From positions 3,333 to 67,332 of the IMG/VR virus record IMGVR_UViG_2791355125_000001: a DNA stretch of 64,000 nt, one strand, 5' to 3'. The first letter of the stretch is position 1. Every line of letters begins with the position of its first letter. A program made the position numbers and the translations under genes. This DNA is from a virus. Taxonomy: Duplodnaviria; Caudoviricetes. This document shows positions 28,658 through 36,953 of this stretch, piece after piece. The notes beneath the pieces are model-generated. The model was not told the origin of the DNA and searched no databases. It saw only the letters and a program-made list of their open reading frames with translations.

Positions 28658-29203
28658 GTGACAGCCACAAGAAGCAAACCGGATCAGTACCTTTTGAGGT
28701 TGCCTCCCGGCCTCCGCGAGCGGATCAAGGCCTATGCGGACTATATGGGCCGGTCCATGAACGAGGAGATCGTCCGGATTCTGGAGCGCCAGTTTCCAGA
28801 GCCTTGGGTTGCGGGTTCCAGGATCGATGAGTTGTTGGAAATGCTCCGAGTGCTTCAACGGAGCGGCGCAAGCGAGGACGGAATTGCCAAGCTTGTGTCA
28901 GAGCTAAAGGCAACAATCGAGGGTATTCACAGCGGTCGGGTCACTGGCCTCGATGAGAAGGCTCGAAACAGAATCGAACAGCAATATCAGGAATGGCAGG
29001 AACGCGAATACGAATACCAGCAGGACCTCGCGTCCGAGGAATACGATCCGATAGAAGACGAATCGCTCGGTCGGACAGGCCGGCCAGAGAAGTTCGTGTA
29101 CCCAGACGGCTCTATCGGCCCCCAACGCGAGTATCGACCCGCGTCATGGGGTGAGGAGCCGCAGGGCGATCCATTCGAGGATCCTTTTGAGGACAAGAAG
29201 TAG
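28658..29203 (+). CDS. Arc-family (ribbon-helix-helix) regulator with acidic C-terminal extension
   Basis: DQYLLRLPPGLRERIKAYA...GRSMNEEIVRILE. Confidence 0.85.
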   Translation: MTATRSKPDQYLLRLPPGLRERIKAYADYMGRSMNEEIVRILERQFPEPWVAGSRIDELLEMLRVLQRSGASEDGIAKLVSELKATIEGIHSGRVTGLDEKARNRIEQQYQEWQEREYEYQQDLASEEYDPIEDESLGRTGRPEKFVYPDGSIGPQREYRPASWGEEPQGDPFEDPFEDKK

Positions 29204-30441
29204 TGGCCATCCGCAAGCGCCGCTGGACAACCAGCAAGGGAGAGAAGCGAGAGGGCTGGCAACTCGACTATGCTGACCAGCACGGCGTTCGCCAGCGCAA
29301 GAGCTTCGACACGAAGGCTGACGCTGTTGCCTTTGAGACAACCGTGCGTGTCGAGGTCCGCGACGGCACCCACGTCGCGCCAAACAAGGACATCACCCTG
29401 AAGGACGCCGCTGACATCTGGATCAAGGCGGTGAAGGCTGGGCGCGGCGAGAGGCCGCCAGCCGAGCGCAGCACAGTTCGCCAGTACGAATATCACCGGG
29501 ACACATATCTCGTGCCGATGCTTGGCACGGTGAAGCTGGGGCAGCTTAATCAGGCCCGCGTCATGGCCTTCCGGGATGAGCTTCTTGAAAAGCTTTCGCG
29601 GTCGCTGGCTAAGAAGGTGCTCGCCAGCCTCAAGGGCATCCTGAGTGAAATGCGCGATCGTGGAAAAGTGGTTGCCAATCATGCCGCCAAGGTAAAAATC
29701 GGGGCCGCCACGCGCGACGACGATGGCGCCGCGGAGGTGCCTGCCATTGCCGACATCAAGGCAATCTTGGTGAAGCTGGATGAGCTCTCCGAACCAGACG
29801 GAACCCCTATCGGGTTGGTGACTTCGAAAGCCTGGAGTCGCCGCCGGGTGCTTCTCTGCACTGCAATCCACACCGGTATGCGCGCCAGCGAGTTGCGCGG
29901 CCTGACATGGGATGCGATAGATCTCAGTAAGGGCGTCATCCACGTCCGCCAGCGGGCTGACGAGTGGGGCGTCATCGGTGCGCCGAAGAGCAAGGCCGGC
30001 CGACGCTCTATCCCGATCCCCCCTGCCCTGGTCGCCATGCTGCGGCAGTGGAAAGTGGCGTGCCCTCCAAGTGAGCTCGTCTTCCCGAGCGAGGAAGGCC
30101 GGCCGCAGTCGCTATCGAATATTTACAACCGGGCCTGGAAGCCGATCCAGATCGCGGCCGGCGTTTGCGATCCTGAGAAGGACGAAAAGGGCAAGGTGAA
30201 ACTCGATAAGGATGGGAAGCCGATTATGGAGCCGCGGCACCGCTTCCATGATCTCCGGCACTTCCATGCCTCTATGTTGATTGCAGACGGAGCCAACCCA
30301 AAGGAGGTTCAGGTCGAGATGGGCCATAGCTCAATCCAGATGACCTTCGATCTCTATGGGAGCTTATTCAAGGACGAGGACACGGAGCGCAGGCAGAAGG
30401 CCAGAGCCGGAAGACTTGCGGAAAAACTGTCTGGCACATAA
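29203..30441 (+). CDS. int: Tyrosine integrase
   Basis: TGMRASE (R), PKS (K), HDLRH, MGHSS, DLYG catalytic motifs. Confidence 0.95.
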   Translation: MAIRKRRWTTSKGEKREGWQLDYADQHGVRQRKSFDTKADAVAFETTVRVEVRDGTHVAPNKDITLKDAADIWIKAVKAGRGERPPAERSTVRQYEYHRDTYLVPMLGTVKLGQLNQARVMAFRDELLEKLSRSLAKKVLASLKGILSEMRDRGKVVANHAAKVKIGAATRDDDGAAEVPAIADIKAILVKLDELSEPDGTPIGLVTSKAWSRRRVLLCTAIHTGMRASELRGLTWDAIDLSKGVIHVRQRADEWGVIGAPKSKAGRRSIPIPPALVAMLRQWKVACPPSELVFPSEEGRPQSLSNIYNRAWKPIQIAAGVCDPEKDEKGKVKLDKDGKPIMEPRHRFHDLRHFHASMLIADGANPKEVQVEMGHSSIQMTFDLYGSLFKDEDTERRQKARAGRLAEKLSGT

Positions 30442-30453
30442 ACGGCACACAAA
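30433..30453 (+). repeat. Direct repeats GGCACAYAAA, probable integrase arm-type sites
   Basis: GGCACATAAA 30433-30442 and GGCACACAAA 30444-30453, next to the att core. Confidence 0.55.
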
Positions 30454-30490
30454 GGAAGAAAGCCCTTTCTTTTCAGAAAGGGCCATGGGC

Positions 30491-30535
30491 ATCATAATCC
30501 TTGTGTCGGGGGTTCAAATCCCTCCTCCGCTACCA
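30491..30535 (+). other. att site: 3' fragment of tRNA-Met(CAT)
   Basis: ATCATAATCCTTGTGTCGGGGGTTCAAATCCCTCCTCCGCTACCA holds anticodon loop, T-arm and CCA; 5' half absent. Confidence 0.9.
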
Positions 30536-32102
30536 TCGTCCCCCCCCGAACTGCAAAGCGGTGGGACAAGCCTTCATCAACAAGGCTCGATAGGTAGCCA
30601 TCCACCTTCAACACCGGCCTTTCTCCGGCACTTGATGGAAACACGGTGACAGAAGTCACCAAGTCACGAACGCAGCGTCGAACATCGAGCGACAGCATCC
30701 CGCCCGATTTGACGGCCGCGTCTAGCTCTTCCAAGCTACGAAGGTACCTGGCAACAAGCGCTGGCTTGAGAGTTACCACCTTTGGCGGCTCGGGGATCAC
30801 AGCGAGTTCGTCCGTCAGCCTCTTCTTTTCTTCGCGCAGGGGGGGGAGCTGTTCGGCTGCTTCTTCCTCGCTGATGACGCCTTTGATCGCAAGTTGCAGG
30901 ATTCGTTGATATTCCCTCTCGGCCGCGGCCAAGCGCTGGCGGGCCTTCTCTCGCGACACGCCCTGCCCTGCGTAGAGCTTCTTATGCTCGTCGTTGTAGC
31001 ACTCGACGTAGAATTCCAGCAGCTTCGGATCATCGAGGCGCGAGCGCAGCCCATCCACGACGGTCGCCTCTATGTCGTCGAGCACATATGGCCGCGTGTT
31101 GTGGCAGGACCTCGCTTCCTTCGCCTTCGTGCACATGATGCGCGTAACCCGGCCCATCTTGTCCTTGATCGACATGCCAGCCCCGCAGGCGCCGCACTTC
31201 AGCAGGCCAGACAAGATCCGCGCATTCTTCTTCATCGGCTTGTCGCTGGTTGCGCGCACTTTCCGACCGTTCACCTGGGCGAATATGTCAGCCAGAACGA
31301 TTCGAAGATGGGGCGCATCTTCTTCCTGCCACTCCGATTGCGGGTTTACCCTCGAAATGCGCTTGCCGGTGTCGGGGTCTTTGACCATGCGAACACGGTT
31401 CCAGACAATTCGCCCGTCATAGATCGGATTCTGCAGCATGCCGTTGGCACGCTTGCGGTTCCCATTGATGGTTGATGCCTGCCAAAAGGCGCCGCGTGGC
31501 GGTGCGACGTTTTCGGCGTTTAGATCGCCAGCAATTTCCCGCGGCGATTTCCCGGCGGCATAGTCCGCGAAAATCCTCCGCACGACTTCCGCCTCTTCTT
31601 CCACAATGACCAATTCACCGGGTTTCCCCGGCACGGGCGCGTAACCGTAGGCCTTGCCACCAGCGTTCCGCCCGTCACGCACGACGCCAGCCATGCCGCG
31701 TCGGACTTTGTGCGCCAGGTCCTGTAGGTATAGAGCGCCGACCAATCCCCGAATGCCAACCTGCACGATATCGGCCTTGCCATCATGCACGGCACGGATC
31801 TCGACGCCGATGTGCGTCAAGCGCTTGTAGATCCCGGCTAGGTCCTCCTGATCGCGTGACAGCCGGTCGAGTGCCTCGACGACAAGGACATCGAACTTGC
31901 CGTCACGCGCAGCGTCCATCATTGCAAGAACGCCGTCACGTCCCATTATCGAGGCGCCGGAGCGAGCACGGTCGTCAAACTCAGCGACGATGGCCAGGCC
32001 CTGCTTTGCGGCAAAGTCGCTGCAAAGCGATACCTGGTCCTCGATCGACCTGTCAGTTTGCAGGTCGCTCGAGTATCTGGCGTAGATGGCCGCGCGCTTC
32101 AT
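30492..32102 (-). CDS. Large serine recombinase (integrase)
   Basis: AIYARYSSDLQ, DRLSR, recombinase domain, LSGLLKCGACG zinc ribbon, coiled coil; GGAGG SD. Confidence 0.95.
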   Translation of the reverse strand: MKRAAIYARYSSDLQTDRSIEDQVSLCSDFAAKQGLAIVAEFDDRARSGASIMGRDGVLAMMDAARDGKFDVLVVEALDRLSRDQEDLAGIYKRLTHIGVEIRAVHDGKADIVQVGIRGLVGALYLQDLAHKVRRGMAGVVRDGRNAGGKAYGYAPVPGKPGELVIVEEEAEVVRRIFADYAAGKSPREIAGDLNAENVAPPRGAFWQASTINGNRKRANGMLQNPIYDGRIVWNRVRMVKDPDTGKRISRVNPQSEWQEEDAPHLRIVLADIFAQVNGRKVRATSDKPMKKNARILSGLLKCGACGAGMSIKDKMGRVTRIMCTKAKEARSCHNTRPYVLDDIEATVVDGLRSRLDDPKLLEFYVECYNDEHKKLYAGQGVSREKARQRLAAAEREYQRILQLAIKGVISEEEAAEQLPPLREEKKRLTDELAVIPEPPKVVTLKPALVARYLRSLEELDAAVKSGGMLSLDVRRCVRDLVTSVTVFPSSAGERPVLKVDGYLSSLVDEGLSHRFAVRGGTMVAEEGFEPPTQGL

Positions 32103-32229
32103 CGTCATTGCCTCCCATCTGCCTGGCATAATCATCGCGAGCAGCTTGCCGCGCAAGTACCTCTACGAGCCGTGCTAGTGCAGGCTCGACGCCGACAGGC
32201 GGCGGAATGGTGGATCGAGCAGTTTTCAC
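32053..32229 (-). CDS. Small protein overlapping the integrase start, candidate recombination directionality factor
   Basis: GTGA coupling; LARLVEVLARQAARDD helix. Confidence 0.5.
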   Translation of the reverse strand: MKTARSTIPPPVGVEPALARLVEVLARQAARDDYARQMGGNDDEARGHLRQILERPAN

Positions 32230-32381
32230 TGCGCTGCCCTCCATACAAAGCCGATCCAGATGCCGGCGATGCCGACACCCAGGATGGAAGCCAGAAGGAA
32301 AAGCTCGGCTGTCGTCATTGGAGCCCTCGCCGGCCGTGGCCCGCGAAGGTATGCCGTATGGGAGACGCGAAGCAGCCTCAT
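32226..32381 (-). CDS. Small membrane protein
   Basis: ATGA coupling; C-terminal TM segment. Confidence 0.55.
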   Translation of the reverse strand: MRLLRVSHTAYLRGPRPARAPMTTAELFLLASILGVGIAGIWIGFVWRAAQ

Positions 32382-32605
32382 GAGCGCTGCCCTCCCGCCA
32401 TCCGCATCGGTGCATTGCAGACCGTGGTCGTTTCGACGAGGCGCTCGGACAGGTCGCGGGCGATCCACAACAGGCTACCGACCCTATGCATCGTCGCGTC
32501 GGAGCCGGGCATCTCGAACACAATATCGGTAATCGTACCGATCAACGCCGCCAGGTGCCCAATCTCGCTTTCGACGTCATTGAAGTCGTTTGCGGGTGCG
32601 CTCAT
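32378..32605 (-). CDS. Hypothetical protein
   Basis: ATGA-coupled chain. Confidence 0.6.
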   Translation of the reverse strand: MSAPANDFNDVESEIGHLAALIGTITDIVFEMPGSDATMHRVGSLLWIARDLSERLVETTTVCNAPMRMAGGQRS

Positions 32606-33111
32606 GCCGCAGCCCTCCCCAGCCGCTCGACGTCCATGACGAACCTGGCGGCCATCTCGTCGGCCCAATCCATTTCGATAAGCTCGTCTTCTCTCCAGAT
32701 TGCCTCGTCGCGCCGGAGCCCCGCTATGCGAAGCGCCTCGGCCTTCACCGCCAAGCCGGCCAGCGACTGCGCCGGGGTTCGCATGATAGCTTCAACTAGT
32801 TCAATTTCTCGGCCACCTGCCGCATCGCACTCTTCATTGGAGTGGGCGCCCATGCGCTCGGCGATGGGGAAGCCGTCCGCGAGATCGTCCGACAATGTCT
32901 TCCCAAGCCGTGCCAACTCCTCGCGGTAGGCAACCTCGCTCAGCCAGAATTCATGATTGAGCCGATCGAGATTGGCAGTATTGCGCAGGAACTCGTCACG
33001 GAGACGGAAAAGCTCTTCATCAACCGGCGGCAGCGAGGCGGCGGCCGGGACAATCGCGGCAAGACCACACGCGGGGATTGCTGCCAGAATGTTGCGGCGG
33101 GTGGTGCTCAT
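32602..33111 (-). CDS. Helical protein with twin-arginine-like N-terminus
   Basis: MSTTRRNILAA; PAQSLAGLAVKA motif. Confidence 0.7.
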   Translation of the reverse strand: MSTTRRNILAAIPACGLAAIVPAAASLPPVDEELFRLRDEFLRNTANLDRLNHEFWLSEVAYREELARLGKTLSDDLADGFPIAERMGAHSNEECDAAGGREIELVEAIMRTPAQSLAGLAVKAEALRIAGLRRDEAIWREDELIEMDWADEMAARFVMDVERLGRAAA

Positions 33112-33440
33112 GGCTTCTCTCCTGCGATGGCTTTGATGTCCGCCACCAAGCTCTTGAGGATGGTGATTTCGGTTTTTTCGTCGTCCGTGTTCCAGCGATC
33201 ACGCACGCGCACCTTCACCATCATGCCGGCCAGCGTTGTTGCGCGCATGTTCATGATCTTGTCGAACAGGCGAGACCCTTCCCGCGTCCGGCGATCCAGC
33301 TTCTGATCTGTCTTGTGTATGCGCTTGCGGAGCCGGTCGAGATCTGCCTCGAGCTCTTCAATCCTGTCGCCAGCTTGTTCCTCTCGATCGCTGTTGGCGT
33401 TGAATTTGGCTTCAAGTTTTAGAAGGGCGGCATCGCTCAT
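33108..33440 (-). CDS. Coiled-coil protein
   Basis: RATTLAGMMVK motif; coupled. Confidence 0.7.
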   Translation of the reverse strand: MSDAALLKLEAKFNANSDREEQAGDRIEELEADLDRLRKRIHKTDQKLDRRTREGSRLFDKIMNMRATTLAGMMVKVRVRDRWNTDDEKTEITILKSLVADIKAIAGEKP

Positions 33441-34246
33441 GACACGCCCCCGGCCGCAACGTTGAGAATGTCGCTGGCAAGGCGGCACGGCCATCCGAAG
33501 ATGCCGTCGTCATCCTTGAGGAGGTAGGTATGCACCTCGCACCAGACTTCGACTGCTTCAGCCTTGATCGCTAGGCAAGCCGGAGACTTGGCTTGAACTG
33601 CCATGATTTGCTTGCACAGGTGAGTTACTGCCCGGCCCGCAGTCTTAATGCGCGCGTCCGCTGCATGTATGCCGGAAGCATCCTTTACGCGCTCGATCGC
33701 GGTGTAGTACTCCTCGCCAAGGCGGAGCACGCGCTTTTCTTCGTCGAGCTTTGCAATCCGCTGCAGCCGCGCCTTTTCGCTGCGGGCCTTCTCGATGTGG
33801 CTAGTCCTAAAGTCGATGAACCAACCGAGGTCCTTGATGCTTCGCAGTCGACGAGCATACTTTTCCCCCGGCCGGATGACTGGACTACCGGCCATATCAA
33901 CCTCGCGACAGTCGTCCCACTCAGTGCATCCGCGAAGGGTAATTTCTTCCGGTGCCAGCGGCCAAAGGTGCCGCCACTCGTCGACCAGCCATTCCTTGGC
34001 ATCCTTCGCGGCGTCCCTCTCGGCCTTGGCATCCCGAAGCTTGCTAACGAGCGCAACGAGTTCGGGATTTGCCTGCGGTTCGGCAAGGTGGGTCACCTCG
34101 GGGTTGTTGGTCGAAGTCGCTGCCGGTGCAGGGAATGCCACGACAGAGGCCCCTGCGGCGGTTGATGCGGCAGCGATGCCAGCCAGAAGGCGGCGGCGAT
34201 TGATCTGAGGCACGCCTTCGGCGGCCGCCTGAACAGTGTTCGGCAT
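33437..34246 (-). CDS. Helical protein with twin-arginine-like N-terminus
   Basis: INRRRLLAGIAAAS; QAKSPACLAIKA; GGAG SD. Confidence 0.7.
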   Translation of the reverse strand: MPNTVQAAAEGVPQINRRRLLAGIAAASTAAGASVVAFPAPAATSTNNPEVTHLAEPQANPELVALVSKLRDAKAERDAAKDAKEWLVDEWRHLWPLAPEEITLRGCTEWDDCREVDMAGSPVIRPGEKYARRLRSIKDLGWFIDFRTSHIEKARSEKARLQRIAKLDEEKRVLRLGEEYYTAIERVKDASGIHAADARIKTAGRAVTHLCKQIMAVQAKSPACLAIKAEAVEVWCEVHTYLLKDDDGIFGWPCRLASDILNVAAGGVS

Positions 34247-34307
34247 TGGTGGTTCTCCAGAGCTAAGGGGGGCTGGGCGCGCTAGAGCCGGCGCCCGAGG
34301 CTGATGG

Positions 34308-34559
34308 TCAGCGCGTAGGCCGCGCCTGATGTTCGAAATAGGCCGTCAGGCTGGGGATGATGTCCGGCTGATAAATCTTGTCGCCGAACTGCTTCGTGAT
34401 GGCACGCATCAGCAAGCGGCCCAACTCGATCATCACCTGATGCTCGACACTGAGGCCGGGTGCGCGGCCAGCGCCGCTGGCGCCGCAGATGGCGCTAACG
34501 ACGATGCCGAGATCGTCCTTGGACAAACTCGACGGTACCTGTGAGAGAATCGACTGCAT
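34308..34559 (-). CDS. Hypothetical early protein
   Basis: GGGAG SD; first gene after the leftward promoter. Confidence 0.65.
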   Translation of the reverse strand: MQSILSQVPSSLSKDDLGIVVSAICGASGAGRAPGLSVEHQVMIELGRLLMRAITKQFGDKIYQPDIIPSLTAYFEHQARPTR

Positions 34560-34585
34560 GGCTGTCTCCCGTGGCTACGAGAGGC

Positions 34586-34638
34586 AACCTAACAGGGGAT
34601 ATTTCCCTCGTCAACTCATTCGGGGGAAATTTCCTCCG
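34586..34638 (-). promoter_or_regulatory. Leftward early promoter with two operators
   Basis: Minus strand TTGACG-N17-TAGGTT; AGGGGATATTTCCCT 34594-34608 and GGGGGAAATTTCCTCC 34622-34637. Confidence 0.7.
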
Positions 34639-35392
34639 CATCGAGCAGGGGAAGGTTCCTTGTAGCTCGAACAGCTAAAGCCATTACCCAAGCCACGCCC
34701 ATAGGCTTTGCCCTGTACATATTCAGGCCATCATCGCGATCAAGCTTCTTGCCGAGAACAATCGGATCTTCGTTCGCCACGCTCGACTTCGTTACAAGCC
34801 TGACTTCGTCACCCTCGACCTCTACCAACCTTAAGCTAGTCTCTGCGGCCCGGATTTCGTCTATGCCGAACCTAACCACCACAAGGCGGCCAGGGACGAG
34901 ACGGATATCCTTTTTGTGCATCTCCCCATGTGCTGCAGTGATCAAGTCGCCTTCTACCAGGTTGAGAAGGTCCATGGATCGATCTTTCAGCTTGAAAAGG
35001 CTGTATTCCCAGCCAATTAGCCGTAAATCATTGTAAATAAGGTCCCCTTCGGTTGTTCTTCTGGGGTCATCCTTTGTCGCCCACAGCGCCTTTCTGTATA
35101 CACCGGCTTCAAGGTAGTCAGAAAGCTTGGCGTACTTGGGCATATACTCCCAATCAAACGTCGGGCCGCCATCGGGTTGATCCGACTGGCCAGTGAGATA
35201 GGCCATTGTGCAGTCTAGGGGAGTTGTCAGCTTGAGAAGTGTCTCCATCTGAGGACTCTTGGCTCGGCCTGACAAAATGTCTCTTACCGCTGTTTTGCCT
35301 AGACCGGCCTCTGTAGAAGCAGCGGTCGCAGATTTGCCCGTGGCGTTCAAACGCTCACGAATCCGATCAGGTAGGGACGGTTCCACAGGCAA
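34616..35392 (-). CDS. CI-like repressor (HTH plus S24 peptidase-like domain)
   Basis: ASTEAGLGKTAVRDILSGR HTH; AG site (LEAGVY); LKDRSM..L.EGD; start codon uncertain. Confidence 0.85.
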   Translation of the reverse strand: MPVEPSLPDRIRERLNATGKSATAASTEAGLGKTAVRDILSGRAKSPQMETLLKLTTPLDCTMAYLTGQSDQPDGGPTFDWEYMPKYAKLSDYLEAGVYRKALWATKDDPRRTTEGDLIYNDLRLIGWEYSLFKLKDRSMDLLNLVEGDLITAAHGEMHKKDIRLVPGRLVVVRFGIDEIRAAETSLRLVEVEGDEVRLVTKSSVANEDPIVLGKKLDRDDGLNMYRAKPMGVAWVMALAVRATRNLPLLDAEEISPE

Positions 35393-35440
35393 ACTCCGCA
35401 GTGAAAGACTACTCGTCCCTAATTACTCCCTTTCCCTTGC

Positions 35441-35469
35441 TTGCGCACGGGGGAAAATTCCCCTACATT
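35441..35469 (+). promoter_or_regulatory. Rightward early promoter with operator in the spacer; probably leaderless
   Basis: TTGCGC-N17-TACATT; GGGGGAAAATTCCCCT 35449-35464; ATG 6 nt after the -10 box. Confidence 0.7.
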
Positions 35470-35475
35470 CGCCGC

Positions 35476-35748
35476 ATGGAAAACGATCTGAGACGTATCC
35501 TCCTTGAAACCGCCAGCGCCTGCGCCTCGGCGCAAGGCTGTGCGGTGTCCACGATTGCACGTCGGTGTCGGAATGATTCCAAGTTCTTTTCACGCATTGC
35601 TGACACGGGCCAATCGTTCACCGTCCGCACCTACGACGAGGTGATGGACTGGTTCATGAAAAATTGGCCGGACGGCAAAGACCGCCCGGTCGAGCTCCTT
35701 CGCTGGGCTGCCGAGTATGTCCGCACCTCCAAGCAGGTGCAGCCATGA
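35476..35748 (+). CDS. Cro-like protein
   Basis: Divergent from CI; STIARRC.ND.KFF.RI..G.SFTVR.Y..V..WF..NWP. Confidence 0.75.
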   Translation: MENDLRRILLETASACASAQGCAVSTIARRCRNDSKFFSRIADTGQSFTVRTYDEVMDWFMKNWPDGKDRPVELLRWAAEYVRTSKQVQP

Positions 35749-35891
35749 CGACCGCCTTCCCCAGTGTCCGCACCGAGGACGGAACGGTCATCGTTCGCTG
35801 TCCTAAAACCGGCCTTGCGGTCTCCGGCCTCACGCAGGCCGGAGCCACAGCCGAGCTTCGCCGCCTGATCGCGGCAAGGAGGGTGTCCTGA
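35745..35891 (+). CDS. Small hypothetical protein
   Basis: ATGA coupling, 48 aa. Confidence 0.6.
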   Translation: MTTAFPSVRTEDGTVIVRCPKTGLAVSGLTQAGATAELRRLIAARRVS

Positions 35892-36361
35892 GCAAGCGCG
35901 AATTTTCCAAGGTGTCGCCGGCGATCTGGCGATCGAAGCGCTTTCTCGGCCTGAAGACCGACCGCGGGCGCCTTCTACTGTTCTACTACCTGACGTGTCG
36001 GCACCAGAACTCGTCGGGCGCCTACAGACTACCGGAGGGCTATGCCGTAGCAGACCTTGGCTGGCCGCTGGACGAATACCGCGCGGGGCGCTCCGAACTG
36101 CTGGGCGCGGGAATGATCCACTACGACGACGAGACTGAAGAAATCTACGTGTCCGGCTGGTTCAAGGCCTGCCCGCCTATGAACGACAAGCACGCCGCCG
36201 GCACCATGTCCCGCATTTCCGAGATCGAAAGCGACGCGCTACGCGAAGTCGTAGAGCTCGAGTTCACAGCCGTGAACAAGACGCGACTTGTCGACCAGAT
36301 AAAGCGGAGAGGCCCGGGAAACGCTCACTTCGACGCAAACGGTTTCGATGCCAATCACTAG
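35888..36361 (+). CDS. Replication initiator-like protein, probable CTG start
   Basis: AAGGAGG SD before an in-frame CTG; FSKVSPAIW...LL.YYLT..H.N..G.YRLP..Y...DLG winged-helix pattern. Confidence 0.65.
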   Translation: MSKREFSKVSPAIWRSKRFLGLKTDRGRLLLFYYLTCRHQNSSGAYRLPEGYAVADLGWPLDEYRAGRSELLGAGMIHYDDETEEIYVSGWFKACPPMNDKHAAGTMSRISEIESDALREVVELEFTAVNKTRLVDQIKRRGPGNAHFDANGFDANH

Positions 36362-36397
36362 AGTAGGGAAACGGTATGCAGACCCTATCGATATATA

Positions 36398-36480
36398 AGA
36401 CACAGACACAGACGCAGACCGGAGAGGCAGACCACAGACGCAGACGCCAGACCGGAGAGCGAGACGCAGACTGCAGACAC
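36398..36480 (+). repeat. (C)AGAC-based short repeat array, candidate iterons
   Basis: agacac agacac agacgc agaccggagag..agacgc agacgc..agaccggagag..agacgc agactgc agacac. Confidence 0.7.
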
Positions 36481-36533
36481 CCCCTTCATAAGCCTCTTAG
36501 CTCTACGTTCCGCACGAGCGCGCGAGGTGGCGA

Positions 36534-36953
36534 ATGACCGCTCTCGTCCCCATTGAGGCTGGCCAGTATGTGCTGACCTACGTCGATCACTTCTATCCGG
36601 GCGACGGCGATATGGCGGGTGCCCTGGAATACCTCGTCCACGGCGGATCTGGCTGGGACTGCATACGCAAGGCCGAAGACCAGTTCGAAGTAATGCAGGT
36701 CGAGCGCGTCATGGCCAAGACCTATCTGGCGCAAGGCGGCCGGCGCTGTCGCAACCTGGTGGTTGCCGCGGCGAGTACGTCCGGCGAGATGCTGGCACTT
36801 CGTGACAAGCTATTCGCCATTGGATTCGCCGCCGATCGTGCGATTGCGGAGGAGAAGGCGCGTCTCATCGCCGACTTTGCCGTCAAAACCAGAATGGATG
36901 CCTTAGCCAAAGTTCATGAGGCCTTGCCGCACATCTTCGGGAGGCGGGGATGA
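36534..36953 (+). CDS. Hypothetical phage protein; close paralog of 26969-27394
   Basis: Shared peptide stretches with the prophage L copy. Confidence 0.8.
   Translation: MTALVPIEAGQYVLTYVDHFYPGDGDMAGALEYLVHGGSGWDCIRKAEDQFEVMQVERVMAKTYLAQGGRRCRNLVVAAASTSGEMLALRDKLFAIGFAADRAIAEEKARLIADFAVKTRMDALAKVHEALPHIFGRRG

Larger units (their letters stand above)
1..30490 (-). mobile_element. Prophage L (lambda-like head, siphovirus tail, tyrosine integrase); left end outside window
   Basis: Contiguous integrase, early, terminase, portal, capsid, tail and lysin genes, bounded on the right by a tRNA 3' fragment. Confidence 0.93.

Noticed and set aside
30470-30535. Complete tRNA-Met gene
   Set aside because: 5' acceptor strand and D-arm are missing; this is an att remnant
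36316-36322. G GGA AAC slippery site extending the initiator
   Set aside because: The -1 frame stops within about 15 codons; the linker-like text is in the +1 frame
36398-36480. AGAC array as CRISPR
   Set aside because: Units are 6-12 bp with no spacers, and there are no cas genes
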